Assembly: GCA_050173015.1 (NCBI GenBank)
Contig: JBFXLE010000004.1
Span: forward strand, 160,001 to 224,000
Direction of reading: 5' to 3'
DNA length: 64,000 nucleotides
From: Calditrichaceae bacterium
GTDB taxonomy: Bacteria; Calditrichota; Calditrichia; Calditrichales; JBFXGD01
A model generated the notes under the pieces. It did not search any database. It saw nothing but the letters and a program-made list of their open reading frames with translations, and was not told where the DNA came from. How positions within the stretch are numbered: position 1 is the first letter of the stretch; every line of letters begins with the position of its first letter. This document shows, in pieces, positions 41,995 through 50,475 of this stretch. A program made the position numbers and the translations under genes.

Positions 41995-43044
41995 TTATTT
42001 TTTATCCTTAATTTTTAGATTTTTTTTACGAATTTCCCATTTTTTCTTTGCCAGTTCCTGCATATTTACTTCAATGTCCTTCTCATCCATAATTTCTAAT
42101 CCAAGCAATGTCTCGATTATATCTTCCATCGTAACCAAACCTTGCATACCACCATATTCATTGATAATCAATGCTATATGTTCTTTTTTTACAAGTAATT
42201 CTTCGAGTAGTTTTGAAATAGAAAAGTTCTCGTAAAAGACGATTATAAAACGCTTTAAATCTTTAAGTTTTAGACTGTGCTTATCATTAGCCAGTTCTTC
42301 CAGTACATCCGATTTAAGAATATATCCCGTCACGTTATCAATACTTCCTGAATAAACAGGGATTCTGGAGTATTGCAGATATTCCTTCTGCTTTATAAAA
42401 TCATCAAGAAACATTTCTTCAGGCGCCGATAGGACAACAGTGCGCGGAGTCATAATTTCACGTACATTAATCTTCCTAAGTCTGATTAAATTGTCTATAA
42501 CTTTACTTTCACTTTCTTTTAGCGCGCCGTCTTTTGTGCCTATATGCGCCAAGGCGACAACTTCTTCCCTGCTAACCTTTTGGGGTTTTTTGTTTTTTGA
42601 AATAAGTTTTGTTATGAATTCAGACAAAATTACCAACGGATAAGAAATGTAAATCATCCCTATTATTACAAAGGCCGATGGCAAAGCCAGTTTTCTCCAG
42701 AAGATAGCTCCGATGGTTTTCGGAATAATTTCCGAAAAAAACAAAATCAAAATGGTAAGAGTGGCTGAAATTACTCCAAAATAGATCTCACCAAATACGG
42801 CGACCGCCTGGGCGCCGACACCGGCCGCGCCAATCGTATGCGCCACCGTATTGATGGTTAATATTGCCGATAGAGGCCGGTCGATTTTGTTTTTTAGATC
42901 TTTTAGATATTTGGCGGATGCCTTTCCTTCAATTTCTTTGATTTTAATGAAAGGGGCTGAAACTGACAGAATTACAGCTTCAGCGATTGAGCAGACAAAG
43001 GATACAACCAAAGCTAAAGCTAAATAAAAAAGAAGAAGCGTCAT
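41995..43044 (-). CDS. CNNM/DUF21-CBS domain membrane protein (hemolysin/CorC-like)
   Basis: VSFVCSIAEAVILS, ILTINTVAHTIGA, FSEIIPKT, IMTPRTV, YSRIPVY and EDIIETLLG motifs. Confidence 0.9.
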   Translation of the reverse strand: MTLLLFYLALALVVSFVCSIAEAVILSVSAPFIKIKEIEGKASAKYLKDLKNKIDRPLSAILTINTVAHTIGAAGVGAQAVAVFGEIYFGVISATLTILILFFSEIIPKTIGAIFWRKLALPSAFVIIGMIYISYPLVILSEFITKLISKNKKPQKVSREEVVALAHIGTKDGALKESESKVIDNLIRLRKINVREIMTPRTVVLSAPEEMFLDDFIKQKEYLQYSRIPVYSGSIDNVTGYILKSDVLEELANDKHSLKLKDLKRFIIVFYENFSISKLLEELLVKKEHIALIINEYGGMQGLVTMEDIIETLLGLEIMDEKDIEVNMQELAKKKWEIRKKNLKIKDKK

Positions 43045-43217
43045 AATTATATATGTTCCTATGATAAAACTTTTAGAATAATTAAGTATAAAAGGGTATT
43101 ATGTAGTTTTCAATACTTTTATCAGATAAGTTCTGTCAAGCGGAGTAACCTTATTTTATAATACAAAGGTCAAAAAAACAAAAATAAGGTGAGAAGAGTT
43201 TAGCGAATCAATTAGGC

Positions 43218-43321
43218 GCATAACGGATAAAGCTTGGTGTCGTCCGTCGATTGACAACGATTGAAATTCATGACGGCAACAACAAGGCTCCATAAAGCAC
43301 GTTTTTTGGCGTAGGTTAGTA
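43218..43321 (-). other. Degenerate attC-like site after the ICMT-family gene
   Basis: Minus strand: TACTAAC just after the stop, imperfect stem (CTTGTTGTTGCCGTC/GACGGACGACACCAAG), ending GTTATGC. Confidence 0.4.
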
Positions 43322-43322
43322 T

Positions 43323-43889
43323 TTATTTTACAATGCTTTTAAACAAAGCCCCAAATTTTGGGATATACATGGGTGTCGTTTCCTTGTATTTCAGGTAATC
43401 AACTCCAAGTCTTTTTTCGAGTTCCGGCTCTTCGATGTATTTCAATTCAAGACTGTTAAACAGTATATATAATGGTGTAAAAATTACGACAAGAGAAAAA
43501 CTCTCAATCATGATACCAAGGCCGAATAAAAATAAATACAAACCGCTAATCATCGGATTTCGTGTATAGCCATACGGTCCTGCTTTAACTATTTCCGGCG
43601 GAGGATTTATAGGTACGGGTGTCCCATTAACTTTTAAAAAACAGAAGGCGGACCAGAAGGTCAGAAAAGAACCGAAGATGATCAGAGGCGCTGATAAATA
43701 TAGATTGTACGGATAGCTTAGAATTGGAGCTATATTTAGAAATTTATCTGTTTCAACGGAAATCAGAATGAATATGAATGTAAAAACGCCAAAAATCAGC
43801 ACTCCTAAAGGTGTCAGAACATTTCTGACATGTTTCGCGCTTGTAGCAGCTTTATATATGAGATTGATCCAGGAAGACTTTAATCCCAT
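43323..43889 (-). CDS. Isoprenylcysteine carboxylmethyltransferase/phospholipid methyltransferase-family membrane protein
   Basis: GTPVPINPP..VKAGPYGYTRNPM and IEEPELEKRLG..Y..YK..TP motifs. Confidence 0.85.
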   Translation of the reverse strand: MGLKSSWINLIYKAATSAKHVRNVLTPLGVLIFGVFTFIFILISVETDKFLNIAPILSYPYNLYLSAPLIIFGSFLTFWSAFCFLKVNGTPVPINPPPEIVKAGPYGYTRNPMISGLYLFLFGLGIMIESFSLVVIFTPLYILFNSLELKYIEEPELEKRLGVDYLKYKETTPMYIPKFGALFKSIVK

Positions 43890-43930
43890 TGAACATGTTC
43901 CCAATGTATTGATATCACTAAATTACGTAG

Positions 43931-44061
43931 GTCTAACGACCCGGCATAAGCGGCGCGCGACCAGGCGGCCGCTACTTTTGACGAAACCGCTGCTCGACCG
44001 GATTGAAAAACCGCAAAAACCGCCCGGCTGTTAACCTCCGCCTTAATGCCGTTTGTTATGG
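43931..44061 (-). other. attC-like integron cassette recombination site (131 bp)
   Basis: Minus strand: CCATAAC-5 nt-GCATTAAG(GCGG)...(CCG)CTTATGC-6 nt-GTTAGAC, i.e. canonical R''/L''/L'/R' spacing with an extra base in L''. Confidence 0.75.
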
Positions 44062-44168
44062 CGCCAACCACAAAACAGCAGGGTAGCCAAACATACAAAA
44101 CCCGCTGAAACCAGCCCAAAAAAACTTATACATAAAAGATAATTTCACATAGAGCATAAGCCGGGCTT

Positions 44169-44235
44169 GCCCAACAAAGGGTTCAGATTGTGGTTTGCAA
44201 AAAACGCTCATACAATCAAACCCTATTCGTTATAC
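44169..44235 (-). other. attC-like site (67 bp) right after the serine-hydrolase stop
   Basis: Minus strand: GTATAAC gaata GGGTTTGATTGT...ACAATCTGAACCC ttt GTTGGGC. The bulge lies on the non-canonical arm, so orientation is less certain. Confidence 0.6.
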
Positions 44236-44241
44236 GCTCAC

Positions 44242-45228
44242 TCAATCATTTATCATTTTAATCACTTTATAGCTGAAGTTGATTAGATTTTCAAGCCCAG
44301 CTGAATAAGTAGTATGAAAATAATAAACTTTATTATCAATTTTCATAAGTAACATCTGGTTTGCCATCATGTCCCCATCATAATAGACCACAGTTCCCAA
44401 ATCTCTATAATTTTGTAAGCCATATATTCCCATTCCGACTAAATGATTTTGCTTATCTTGATCTTCAATCCAATTAGTCATCAGCTTATACTCCGGTTGC
44501 CTGGATATGTATGAAAATGTTTTTATTGCGTCTTTTGCTGGTGAAATCAATCCACCTGCAAACCCTGTAGCCGACCAATGAAATGGCCAGGGATTTTGAT
44601 AGCCGAGTGGGTAATTTCCTTTTCCGTCATCCATTCTAAGCGACGGAGCGATATTACCAAAATACTCTTTGATAATCGTATTAAAATCCTTTTTTAAAAT
44701 CTTCTCAAGGATTATTCCTAAAATATTGTAATTTGTATTTGAATATTGAAATTTTCCCCCTGGTTGGAATTCCAGTTCTTTATCCTGATATGCTGCCTGA
44801 ATAGTCTGTAATGGGGTAATTATTAGGTTGGGATCAATTTTAATGTATTTGATATATTCTTGTATACCACTTGTGTTATATAAAAGCATTTTTAGTGTAA
44901 TAGAATCGGATTTTGTATATCCATATTCTTTGGGAAACCATTTTTCAATGGTCAAATCTAAGTCTATTTTTTCTTTTAAATATATATAACTAATACACGA
45001 TTTAGTGCTCGGACAAGCGAGTTTCAAATCATTATTCTCATTAATTCTTCCAGCGGTTAAAATGGTTAAACTGTCTGTAATTTCATCATAGAATCCGAAC
45101 AATAATCCGTTGTCATCATTCTGAATAAATTGTTTCATAGATATTTGAACAGAATCGAGTATGGTTTGCGGAAAAACGGAGTTGGAACTTAAAAATAAAA
45201 ACAACAATAGAACTTTAAACTTTCTCAT
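44242..45228 (-). CDS. Serine hydrolase/beta-lactamase-fold protein with atypical active site
   Basis: Signal peptide, ITLKMLLYNTSGI, FQPGGKFQYSNTNYNILG..E, AGGLIS; SxxK replaced by ACPSTK. Confidence 0.75.
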   Translation of the reverse strand: MRKFKVLLLFLFLSSNSVFPQTILDSVQISMKQFIQNDDNGLLFGFYDEITDSLTILTAGRINENNDLKLACPSTKSCISYIYLKEKIDLDLTIEKWFPKEYGYTKSDSITLKMLLYNTSGIQEYIKYIKIDPNLIITPLQTIQAAYQDKELEFQPGGKFQYSNTNYNILGIILEKILKKDFNTIIKEYFGNIAPSLRMDDGKGNYPLGYQNPWPFHWSATGFAGGLISPAKDAIKTFSYISRQPEYKLMTNWIEDQDKQNHLVGMGIYGLQNYRDLGTVVYYDGDMMANQMLLMKIDNKVYYFHTTYSAGLENLINFSYKVIKMIND

Positions 45229-45244
45229 AATTTCCCCTTTTGGC

Positions 45245-46034
45245 GTATAGCATTTTGATTCGACGTCTCTGTTAATCGTCATTTTATTCTGATATTAGAA
45301 AAATTAATCGTCGAAAACAGTTCGCTCCTCCGTTTAATAGAATAGGATTTTTTTTAGACACACCACAAATCACTAGTTGCATGTTTTCATAAATCCGGCC
45401 CGATATTGTATCCAAATAATGAGCTGACATCTATATCAAAAAATCAACTGTCATCGTTTTCAAGGATTGAAGCAAAAAGAAAAGATTAAATAAAATCGAT
45501 ATAATTATAATTAAAAGAAATGTAAATTTCAACATCTAAAAATTCACATGCTATTCTTAATTCATAACACCATTATTTTGCCGGTCCATCGGCCAATTGC
45601 CGGGAGGAGATTCCGATAATCCACTTCGTCCCTCCCTGGCAAAGGGAAAGCATCTTATTCATCTTTAATAAAGGGTAGGGGGGTGATTCTACGGTGGGTT
45701 TGGCATGAGTAATCCGCGCGTCATATACAGATATAAAATGAAGCTTATTAAAAATATGTAAAAATTTTTAACCCGATGTCGGGAATTTTAAATTCCGTTT
45801 GGCAATAGATTTCAACCTTAGTGGCAAAACAGCACCACACCATTCCTTTATTATTCGGCATTAATGGTTGCCGTTCAAAATCGCTAAATATTAAATGGGT
45901 GAAAGATTGTTGGATTAAGTTCGTACCCAATAAGGTAATAAGGTTTGAAAGATTGGTTGATTTTATCCTACTAAGGTTAAAAAAAACAAAAATAAGGTGC
46001 TAAGAGTTTAGCGAATCAACTTTACGCGCATAAC
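45245..46034. repeat. ~0.8-kb non-coding element, copy 1
   Basis: Colinear similarity to 46993-47837; shared blocks include AAACAGTTCGCTCCTCCG, GCTGACATCTATATCAA, GATATAAAATGA, TTAAGTTCGTACCCAATAAGGTAATAAGGTTTGA and AAGAGTTTAGCGAAT. Confidence 0.85.
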
Positions 46035-46102
46035 GTTTGACATAAGCTGTGCGTAAGTCCGATGCTTTAAAAGTTGCCATTTTATGCTCCGAAGTGTGCG
46101 TC

Positions 46103-46981
46103 CTACTCAATGCCATTGGTATGTTTACTTTTAATGATATCAACTATATTGTATTTGTTTTTAGAGATTATTCGCCAGACATTTTCCTTGTCATAGTCAA
46201 TTTCAGACTTCACAATGTTAATGCTGTTTTGATTAGAGTCGAATGAATATTCCAGTTTTTCACTATGTGGATTTGCTTCAGCCGAGGGAAAACATTTTTC
46301 CAGGAGAAATGTTTCGTTCTTCATATTTTTAGGAAAGTAATGAATAGCTATCGTTTGATAACCTTCCTGCTGATTGTTTCCAATATAATAAAAGCTTGAG
46401 TCATTGAAAATCTTGTGATCTTCAAATTTTATTTCACCAATTCCGGTAATATCCATTTTTGAAAACATTCTATCAATAGTATAACCATTATCGCCAACTT
46501 TAAGTAATCCGTATGCATAGCAGATTCTTTCAAAACCAAAATACTCAACAAAAATCCCTAGTTGTAGCGTATCATTCACATCCTTTATTTCTTTTAAATA
46601 AAACAATCCATCATTCACATAGTGGCTCCTGGATCGCAAATGATTTTCTTTTACAAAATATTCAATTATCCTCGAGAATTTATCTTTTCTTAACTGAAAG
46701 TTAAAAGCAAAACTCGTATCGATACTATTATCAAAAAGAGTAAAATTACTTGAATTTTCTTTTCCTCGCGCTTGATCATGATATTTTATCACATACAATC
46801 GATAAAATAGTGAGTCGTGAGTCAAAATTGAATTTTTTGATTCTATTTCTGGCTTGGTTTTGTTTACTTTTAACTCATTATCCTGTGAAGTGACATGAGT
46901 TTTATTCTCATCAGAAGGCTTATTTTCATTTTGTTGACAGGAAAGAAACAAAAAAAATAAAATAAGAAGGATTTTCATCAT
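46103..46981 (-). CDS. Hypothetical lipoprotein (cassette-like gene)
   Basis: 292-aa AT-rich ORF with lipobox FLSC. Confidence 0.65.
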   Translation of the reverse strand: MMKILLILFFLFLSCQQNENKPSDENKTHVTSQDNELKVNKTKPEIESKNSILTHDSLFYRLYVIKYHDQARGKENSSNFTLFDNSIDTSFAFNFQLRKDKFSRIIEYFVKENHLRSRSHYVNDGLFYLKEIKDVNDTLQLGIFVEYFGFERICYAYGLLKVGDNGYTIDRMFSKMDITGIGEIKFEDHKIFNDSSFYYIGNNQQEGYQTIAIHYFPKNMKNETFLLEKCFPSAEANPHSEKLEYSFDSNQNSINIVKSEIDYDKENVWRIISKNKYNIVDIIKSKHTNGIE

Positions 46982-46992
46982 TGACCCTGTAA

Positions 46993-47837
46993 ATATGACA
47001 TATTGCGTAATTGTCTCTGTTAATTATCGTTTAGTATTATGTTAGAAAAAATCTTTCTAATATTAGAAAAATTAATCATCGCAAACAGTTCGCTCCTCCG
47101 TTCTACAGAATAAAAACTTTTTAAGATTCACCCCAAACCATTCTTTGTATTTGAAATCCGGAATGAGATTCTATCCAAATAATGCGCTGACATCTATATC
47201 AATAAATCAACTGTTATCGTTTTCAACGATTGAAGCAAAAATAAAGGCTTAACTAAATACGTTATTATTATAAACAAATGTCATAAAGTTTTCAACCATT
47301 AAAAAATCTTCTGCTGTATTTTAAAGAATAGCTTGTGATAAGTACAAGCACAAAGGCATTTACAGCCAGAGCTTTTGATAAGACACTTAGTTCCCGATTG
47401 ACATGGTGGAAACGCCTGAGCCTCACTAAAAAAATAGGTAGGGCAGGGGGCTAATGTGATTTTGGCCCGGGTAATCCCTGACCCATTGACTGATATAAAA
47501 TGATACATATCTGACGATGTCTAAATTAGTAACCAAAAGTGGGGAATTTTAAATAATGCCACCTACCGAAAATACTTTCATTCGAGACTCTCAATCGGTA
47601 AAACCTTATTTCCTAGTCTTTAACCTTAGTAGAAAAACAGTCCCACACAATTCCTTTACGTTTTGGAATGAATGGTTGCCTTTCAAAATCGCTAAATATA
47701 AAATGGGTGAAAGATTGTTGGGTTAAGTTCGTACCCAATAAGGTAATAAGGTTTGATCGTATGGTTGGTATTATGCTACTAAGGTCAAAAAAACAAAAAT
47801 AAGGTGAGAAGAGTTTAGCGAATTAACTTTACGCGCA
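46993..47837. repeat. ~0.8-kb non-coding element, copy 2
   Basis: See copy 1; a truncated third right end lies at 43166-43220. Confidence 0.85.
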
Positions 47838-47854
47838 GGACTTCTGTTCTTTTA

Positions 47855-49174
47855 TTATTCAGAGAAATGCGACAATACCTGTTGGATATTCGCTACAAAC
47901 GGCGTGGATGAATAACGGCTGATGGTCCAGGGGTTGATGAGTCCAATGACGGAAATGATCAATGAAATCGTAAAAAATATATTGAAAACACGCTGTCTGG
48001 CCACGCGGGATATCCGGAGGCGCGGATAAAGAAAGAAAAACCACAGGGGAATAAAGGGAACAAACCAGCGGATACTGTAGCTGTCCCCCGCGTAATTGTT
48101 TGTCATCAGCAGATAATACAAAATCATGATCAGCGAGGCGGTTCCAATCACTAATGCTTCTTTGCGGAATTTGCTTTTATTTTTGATTTCCCTGATTAAA
48201 AGGGGTAACGCGATCCATAAAAATGGATTATAAAGCAGAAAACCTTTCGGCCCGATCATCATCTGCGCACTGTATTCTAAAAAAACCGGCAGCGAATTCA
48301 CCGAAATACCTGATAATTCATTGGATCCGTTCCAGGGGGAACCGGGATATTCAAAATAAGAACGGTCAATCTGAGCGGGAATGATACTGCCCGTGATCAG
48401 ATAGCTCAGAAGAAGGGCGGGCAGGGCGGTAAATAGGAGTGGTATAAAATAAAACACCGCTTTTTTTCGTAAGGGTGGATTTGTCAGGATATACGCGGCG
48501 AATCCCGCGTAGAAAACAGATGTCGGAATATCCATCGCCGCGGCTAAAGCAAGAAAGAATCCGCCGTAAAACACATCTTTACTGTCAGATTCAGCATATC
48601 GCGCCCGGAGCAGAAAATAATATCCCGTCATTAGCATTGACGCGGCCAGGGAATGATTGTTAAAGGTGGATGACCATGTAAAATGAAGCGAAGCAATTCC
48701 CAGCGCCAGAGTCAGCCAGAATCGTTTCCTGTTGCTGATTCCGGTGAATCCAAGCGCGGAATAGAAGGCGGCCAATCCGATAATCCAGAATAATTTGACC
48801 GTAAATAAAGTGATCAGGTAATACGACGCGTTCCATCCATAATCAAGTCTTATTCCGAGATGATACAGCGGCCAATAAACCGCCGCGCCAAGTATCGCCG
48901 GAAGCGCCGGTTTGTCGGAATAAAAATGCCCGTTTACAAAAATTTTATCTCCCGTGTCGGAAAAAACCGAACGGTCGATGGCAAAGGTGCCATGCTCCAC
49001 CAGGGACTGCACAACGGCCATGCGACTGGAATCATTCCACGAAGCCGCTTTGGGTTTAACAGAGATGATTGAAATGAGAATCAGCAGTAAAATTAAATTG
49101 CGAAGCGCGAATTTACGGTCTGCAGATAAAGCGGGTGTATTACTTCCGGAAATAACTTGAGAAACAAAACGCAA
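47855..49174 (-). CDS. Multi-pass membrane protein, possible GT-C-fold glycosyltransferase
   Basis: About 11 TM segments; first loop NDSSRM..YSDKP; late NYAGDSYSIRWFVP. Confidence 0.55.
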   Translation of the reverse strand: MRFVSQVISGSNTPALSADRKFALRNLILLLILISIISVKPKAASWNDSSRMAVVQSLVEHGTFAIDRSVFSDTGDKIFVNGHFYSDKPALPAILGAAVYWPLYHLGIRLDYGWNASYYLITLFTVKLFWIIGLAAFYSALGFTGISNRKRFWLTLALGIASLHFTWSSTFNNHSLAASMLMTGYYFLLRARYAESDSKDVFYGGFFLALAAAMDIPTSVFYAGFAAYILTNPPLRKKAVFYFIPLLFTALPALLLSYLITGSIIPAQIDRSYFEYPGSPWNGSNELSGISVNSLPVFLEYSAQMMIGPKGFLLYNPFLWIALPLLIREIKNKSKFRKEALVIGTASLIMILYYLLMTNNYAGDSYSIRWFVPFIPLWFFFLYPRLRISRVARQRVFNIFFTISLIISVIGLINPWTISRYSSTPFVANIQQVLSHFSE

Positions 49175-49200
49175 TATTATTCTCCATATTCGGCTTTATT

Positions 49201-49575
49201 TGTCTGAACTCTGACCGGATGAAAGCTAAAGTAGGAAGTAGGAAGTAGGAAGTAAGAAGGTCAGGAATAATCTGTTTCCCCCTTGATCAAAGGTGGACTA
49301 AGGGGGTTGTTTCTTGACCCGAGAAAGTAAAATGAAAAAGTGTCTGAACTGTGATTATCGGTGTTCTAATCATAGCCCGTCATTTAATCATTTCCACCCG
49401 CCAGAGGCGGGCAGGTCAGAGTTCAAACCGTTCTTCATCTTTTTTCTTTTTTCGTTTATCTTTTTTCTTATCCTTCCTACTTCTCAAGGCGCATGATCAT
49501 GCACCCCTACAGTTTCTTGCTTCTTCCCAGGGCGCGAGCATCGCGCCCCTACTTCCTACTTCTTACTTCTTACTT
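49201..49575. repeat. Intergenic repeat stack (heptamers, CCCCCTT palindrome, TGTCTGAAC element, two GTAG-REPs)
   Basis: (AAGTAGG)3 at 49229-49256; TGTCTGAACTGTGATT...TCAGAGTTCAAAC at 49341-49428; GGCGCATGATCATGCACCCCTAC and GGGCGCGAGCATCGCGCCCCTAC; (CTTC[C/T]TA)n. Confidence 0.8.
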
Positions 49576-50180
49576 CAGATTTTTTCTCCGTGCGGCGGGA
49601 TCGGTTTTAGTATCAAAACGGTAGCGTTCCCCAGCCGGACTTCAATTAATTTAATATCCTCTTTCAGATTTCTCAAAGAATTTTCACCCTTCCAGAATTC
49701 TTCCATATATTCGGCGTTGTGAGATTGGGGATTGCGCATACCGATGATTTTCCAAAAATCGGATGGCAGTTCCAGCTTGAATTCAACTGCTTCATTTGGT
49801 CTGATCAGGTTTTTGGACGGGTATTTTTCCCGGCTTCCCTTGATAAGAATCATTTTATCATCACTTACGGTATAAATGATAAACTGGTCGGAATTATAAT
49901 TATAGGTCAATGGATAAACATCTGTATTTACCACCTTAATCATCACCGCCTCGATGTCGAATTCCGCGTAGGCGTATATTTTCGGATTCATGTCGCTGGT
50001 TCGTTTATACCGGGCGCCTTCCGCCTGAGTGTAAGATACAATTTTGAATTCGTTTGATTCATCGGCGTTCATTTTTATGCCAAAAAAGTCATTCATACTT
50101 CTGGGCGAACAGGAAAGAATGATGAGCATAATTAAAAAAATGGCAAATACATTTTTTAAAAAAGCAATATTTTTATCCAT
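49575..50180 (-). CDS. Hypothetical lipoprotein
   Basis: Start MDKNIAF; lipobox ILSC. Confidence 0.6.
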   Translation of the reverse strand: MDKNIAFLKNVFAIFLIMLIILSCSPRSMNDFFGIKMNADESNEFKIVSYTQAEGARYKRTSDMNPKIYAYAEFDIEAVMIKVVNTDVYPLTYNYNSDQFIIYTVSDDKMILIKGSREKYPSKNLIRPNEAVEFKLELPSDFWKIIGMRNPQSHNAEYMEEFWKGENSLRNLKEDIKLIEVRLGNATVLILKPIPPHGEKI

Positions 50181-50227
50181 TTTCACCGCCTTTCTGATTA
50201 AACGATTAAATACTACTATCAACCATT

Positions 50228-50375
50228 CCCCTTTTCGAAAGGGGACAAGGTGTTTCCCCCTGGCCAAACGGGGACTAAGGGGGTTACTTCCACAAAAACG
50301 TTTTAAATGAACCGGACCGAAGAATCACAACCCCCTAACCCCCTTTATTAAGGTGTTCCCCCCTTGCCAAACGGG
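50228..50375. repeat. CCCCCTT/AAGGGGG-type palindromic repeats
   Basis: CCCCTTTTCGAAAGGGG; TTTCCCCCTGGCCAAACGGGGACTAAGGGGGTT (resembles 49276-49309); AACCCCCTAACCCCCTTT; AAGGTGTT-CCCCC repeated. Confidence 0.65.
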
Positions 50376-50475
50376 TTATTATCTATTCGTCTTCCTCGCC
50401 CAAACCACCGCGAATAATATACCGATGCCAATCCTTACGTACCAGAAAAATTATCTTCGGCGGATCTGTGCCGGA

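Noticed and set aside
45245-46034. Group IIC-attC intron
   Set aside because: The end reads ATGCGC rather than GTGYG, and I see no domain V hairpin or reverse transcriptase remnant.
46023-46050. XerC/D dif site (TACGCGCATAA resembles the XerC arm)
   Set aside because: No TTATGTTAAAT-like XerD arm follows the 6-nt spacer; the right half of an attC fits better.
47290-47503. Integrase remnant (VNRELSVLSKA on minus; LARVIPDPLTDIK* on plus)
   Set aside because: The first motif is absent from the other copy and the second is interrupted by stops; no R-H-R-H-Y catalytic motifs are seen.
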